A stretch of DNA of 64,000 nt from the human T2T-CHM13v2.0 reference genome, Homo sapiens, in assembly GCF_009914755.1 (NCBI RefSeq), contig NC_060929.1. One strand, given 5' to 3'. Each line of letters starts with the position of its first letter. Positions within the stretch are counted from its first letter, which is position 1. The notes under the pieces were generated by a model. The model saw only the letters and a program-made list of their open reading frames with translations, did not search any database and was not told where the DNA came from. Positions 59,814 to 64,000 of the stretch are shown here, piece after piece. A program made the translations under genes and the position numbers.

Positions 59814-61578
59814 CCAAAAATCTCACAGGCACACCCAGCTGCCTGTGCAGGGTGAAGTCAGCTCTCACTGCCATAGGGATCTTGTTCTGTCTGCCCTTCC
59901 TTCCCCTCTCCAGTGTCCTGGGCTATCTCCTCCCTGACACTTCCTCATTTTGCTCATCTCTTCCCATAAAGGGAGGAGCTGATCACCAACTTCTGTTACC
60001 AGACCACAGACTCTTAAGTGGAAGCTAGATTTGCCTCGAGCAGAAACTCACATTATCTGGGCAGAAACTCACATTATCCACATCTCCACGGAAGTGTCCC
60101 TAGGCCAGGTTGACAGGCTGGCAATTTCCTACCCCTTTGACAGGGAAAGGCCAGGACAAGACCATCAAGCAAGAGGGGTGAGTGGGTAGGGCCTCCTTAC
60201 GCTTTGTGCCCTGGGTGCCTCTCTTGCCCTACTCTAGTCCCAGCCTTGGGGAGGTGCAGCTCTTCCACAGGGAAAAGGGTAGGAGCAAGGCCCAGCCTGA
60301 TCTAATTCCACCCTGCTCCACCCGCACTGGCCATCTCTCAGCTTCTCTAATAGGCCATGCTCCTTTGAGCCTCAGGGCCTTTGCACAGCCATTTCTACTG
60401 CTCCAAATGTTCTTCCCTTACCACATCCATTTCCACTTGGCCAACTTGTATTTATCCTTTAACCTTGGTTTAATATCACAGCTTAAAGATACACCCTCAG
60501 GCAAACGCTCCAGCCTCATCTGTGCTTGTCTTCGTGCCTCTGTATCACGGTTTCACCAAGTAACCTCATGGCTCATTTGTTGGAGGGTGCGTCACCTGCC
60601 AGACTGTCAGTCCCTTGGCGAGGGCTGTCTTATTCACTCTGTATCTTAATGACTGGCACACACAAGGCACTCAACAACTGACTCATCCATTGCTTTTCCG
60701 GACCTCCACTTCCCTGTATATGAAACAGACTTGATCATGGTTGTCCTTATTACACAGATGTTTAAAAACCACCATGAGATATTGAGACAGCATTTTGTGA
60801 AAGGGCTTTAAAATGGAAATGGGTTATACCGCATAAAGGATTAAATGGTATTCGTTTTTTGTGGTACTGACCTTCAATTTTCAGCGTACTCTCTGAAAGT
60901 ATATTATTTAAGAATATATTTGTTTATTTTCTGTCAACACCACTACTAGAATGTAAGCCCCAGGAGGCAGGGGCTATTTCTTCTTTCCTGATCATTTCTA
61001 AGCACTGAGAATGGGGCCTGGGCTCCCAGCAGATCAACAATGTTTGTTGAATGAATGGAGAGAGAAGTGGGCTAAAAGGACAGATAGACAATAAAAATCG
61101 TAAACACCATCTAATATTTTTTAAAGTTATAGTCAAACCCTACTCAATATCTTCATGTTTATTCTAGCATAATAATGCCATGTAACTATAATTTGGTCAA
61201 AAGATGGGGAGGAACAGGAAAGTACTCTTGGAGTACCTGAGTAAACTGCAGAATGAGTTGAAACTGCCAAATAGCCTTAGGTGGTAGTTCAATGCTGATA
61301 TCAGCCACCATAGGCAAGAATTGGTTGCAGTCTTAGTAGTCCTCACAGGAAACCTATGTGGTCTGTACATTTATTATCCTATTTCACAGATGAGGAAATT
61401 GAGGCCCAGAGAGACAGAGTTACTTGTACAAAGCCACATAGCTGTTAAGAAGCCGAGCAGATATCGAGACCCAGAGCTTTCTGCTACATGGGCAAGCTGG
61501 GGCATCAGCCTTCCATGCAGCAGTGGCGAGCTTGCCTTTGGGCTGCTCGGGCCAGAAAATCCGGAAACGGGCCCTTAC

Positions 61579-61777
61579 CGATGTACATGGAGTTGGAGTT
61601 GGGGAAAGGCTTGGCAGGCAGGATGGAGTTCTGCAGAGCTTCCTCGTCATTGGAGGGTGGCGGCTCATAATCCGCGTCATCTTCCACGGGTGCCTCTTCC
61701 TCCTCATTGGGGGACTCATAGTCTCCATCATCCTCCCCATCCTGGTCATCATTGGGACTTTCATAATCGTCTTCTTC
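61579..61777 (-). CDS. LCP2: LCP2 exon 7, acidic domain with DYESP, DYESP, DYEPP tyrosine motifs
   Basis: CAG|GAAGAAGAC..ATCG|GTAAG, 199 nt. Upstream exons were not found in the window. Confidence 0.97.
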
Positions 61778-63184
61778 CTGCCCACACAGTGATAGGGACA
61801 GTGCAGTTTGTAGAGGCTCTGTGGCCCTCGATGTGCCTGTGCCTACTCTCTCCCTGCCAAGCCTCACAACAGTATAACCCGGGACCAGGCAGCCTGAAGA
61901 TGGTTACTCCCATTTTACAGATGAGGAATCTGAGGTCAGGGAGCACTGTACCACAGGGGCAGCAAGTCATGGACTTGAGACCTTGGTGAAGGTCTTCGGA
62001 CCACCTTTTTACACAACACCTTTCTGCACAACAGAGAGAGAAGAAAGGGGAAGGATGCTGGAATAGAAGGTACCGGAATAGGCTCTGTCTTGAGTAAACA
62101 CATTTTTTGCTCCAGGCATCACCATGAGAAAGACTAAAGGCCTGGAGCATTTGTGATGATACTAGTTAATTGCCATTTCTGTTCAAGGGTGCCTGTGCTC
62201 AAAAAATGTCCTCTCATTATAACCTGGTGCAGCGTTGAAGGCCCGGCTAAGGGGAAAAACAGATAAACAAAGCCTGTTAAGTGGAAGGCAGATTAAGTTG
62301 TGTCGAGGAGGGGACCGTCAGAGGCTGTGCTGTTCTTTTTGCTGAAAGTTGAGTGTATCAACACATCCATTATTCATGAAATCTGACACTGAGTTTGAAG
62401 CTGTTCTCTTGGAAAGAATCTCTAAATTTTAGATTTTTTATTGTATTTTATTTTTGCTTCTTCTTGGATCTCAGGGAAAGTAAGCCCGAGGTGCTGGATG
62501 CTTGCCTTTGAAGCAGTCCATGAAGGTGAATGAGCATCAGAATGACCTCCCAAGCAAAGGCGGCACCATCAGCAGCAGTGATGAGCGCTCATCATGGTCA
62601 TGCCAAAGTCCAGGGGGTGAGTCAATGAGCCCAGACCTCAACACTCAAGGGCAGTGTGGGAAAAAGCAATGGGAAGTGGCCACTTTTTGAGGAAAGAAAT
62701 GTTCCAGTGTCCTAGAAATCCTGACAGCTTTGGGTGGCCTCAGGCAGACTGTCTTTACGTTGTTCTGTTGAGAGAGTCCTGTGTTTGTTTTTGACTTGAG
62801 GAATATTAAAAACATCAACAACAGAGGGGCAAAGTGAGCATTGGGTGCCTTCCCAACTCCAAAAAAAGACTTTGTCCTGCCCTGTCAGGGTTCTTATAAC
62901 TTTAGGAGCAGGTGGGCAGAGCCCCAGAGGAATGCTGCTTCAGATCAAGAGCCTCAGCATGGAGGTCCGCAGGCACGTGGCCTCCCTCCAGGCTGCTGAC
63001 CCTTTCCTCACCCTGTCTACCCTAGGCCCATCATTCCTGACTTTACACCAGCTCTTTACCCCATCAACCTTTCTCAAATGACAGAATTTTCCTCTCTGCT
63101 TCTAGAACAATTATTTTCTCCCAATCATTTGGCTCCTAAATTTGTATGCATGATGTTGTTGCTAATTATATTCTGCCATATGTG

Positions 63185-63955
<771 letters not shown>

Positions 63956-64000
63956 TGGGGTATCCATACTGTAAAATGCTTATGATTGGGTCCTTTATCT

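Noticed and set aside
61321-61989. 222-aa plus-strand ORF
   Set aside because: Antisense shadow of LCP2 exon 7 plus MIR-derived QMRKLR segments; non-ATG start.

Overview
Mammalian (apparently human) genomic DNA with two convergent genes. The minus strand carries the 3' 15 exons of LCP2/SLP-76: CDS pieces from 61777 down to the stop at 39553, with all splice phases consistent, plus its 3'UTR. The plus strand carries the small gene C5orf58: a CpG-island promoter at ~23.7 kb with ZNF143-type, CCAAT and GC boxes, and exons giving an 81-aa ORF or a 102-aa N-terminally extended ORF. The first ~23 kb is repeat-rich intergenic DNA. A full-length L1PA2/3-like element with a 15-bp TSD lies antisense in the last C5orf58 intron. 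Its ORF1 and ORF2 are broken but its antisense ORF0 is intact. The first ORF0 splice donor is in the right phase to join the last C5orf58 exon ~500 nt away, predicting an 85-aa ORF0-C5orf58 chimeric protein; this is the top candidate for an undescribed system. Also present: a 5'-inverted L1 with a ~1.14-kb internal deletion, seven Alus, three LTRs, DNA-transposon MITEs, an LCP2 microexon cluster and several CTCF-like motifs. Gene identities, exon numbers and repeat subfamilies come from recall, not database searches.
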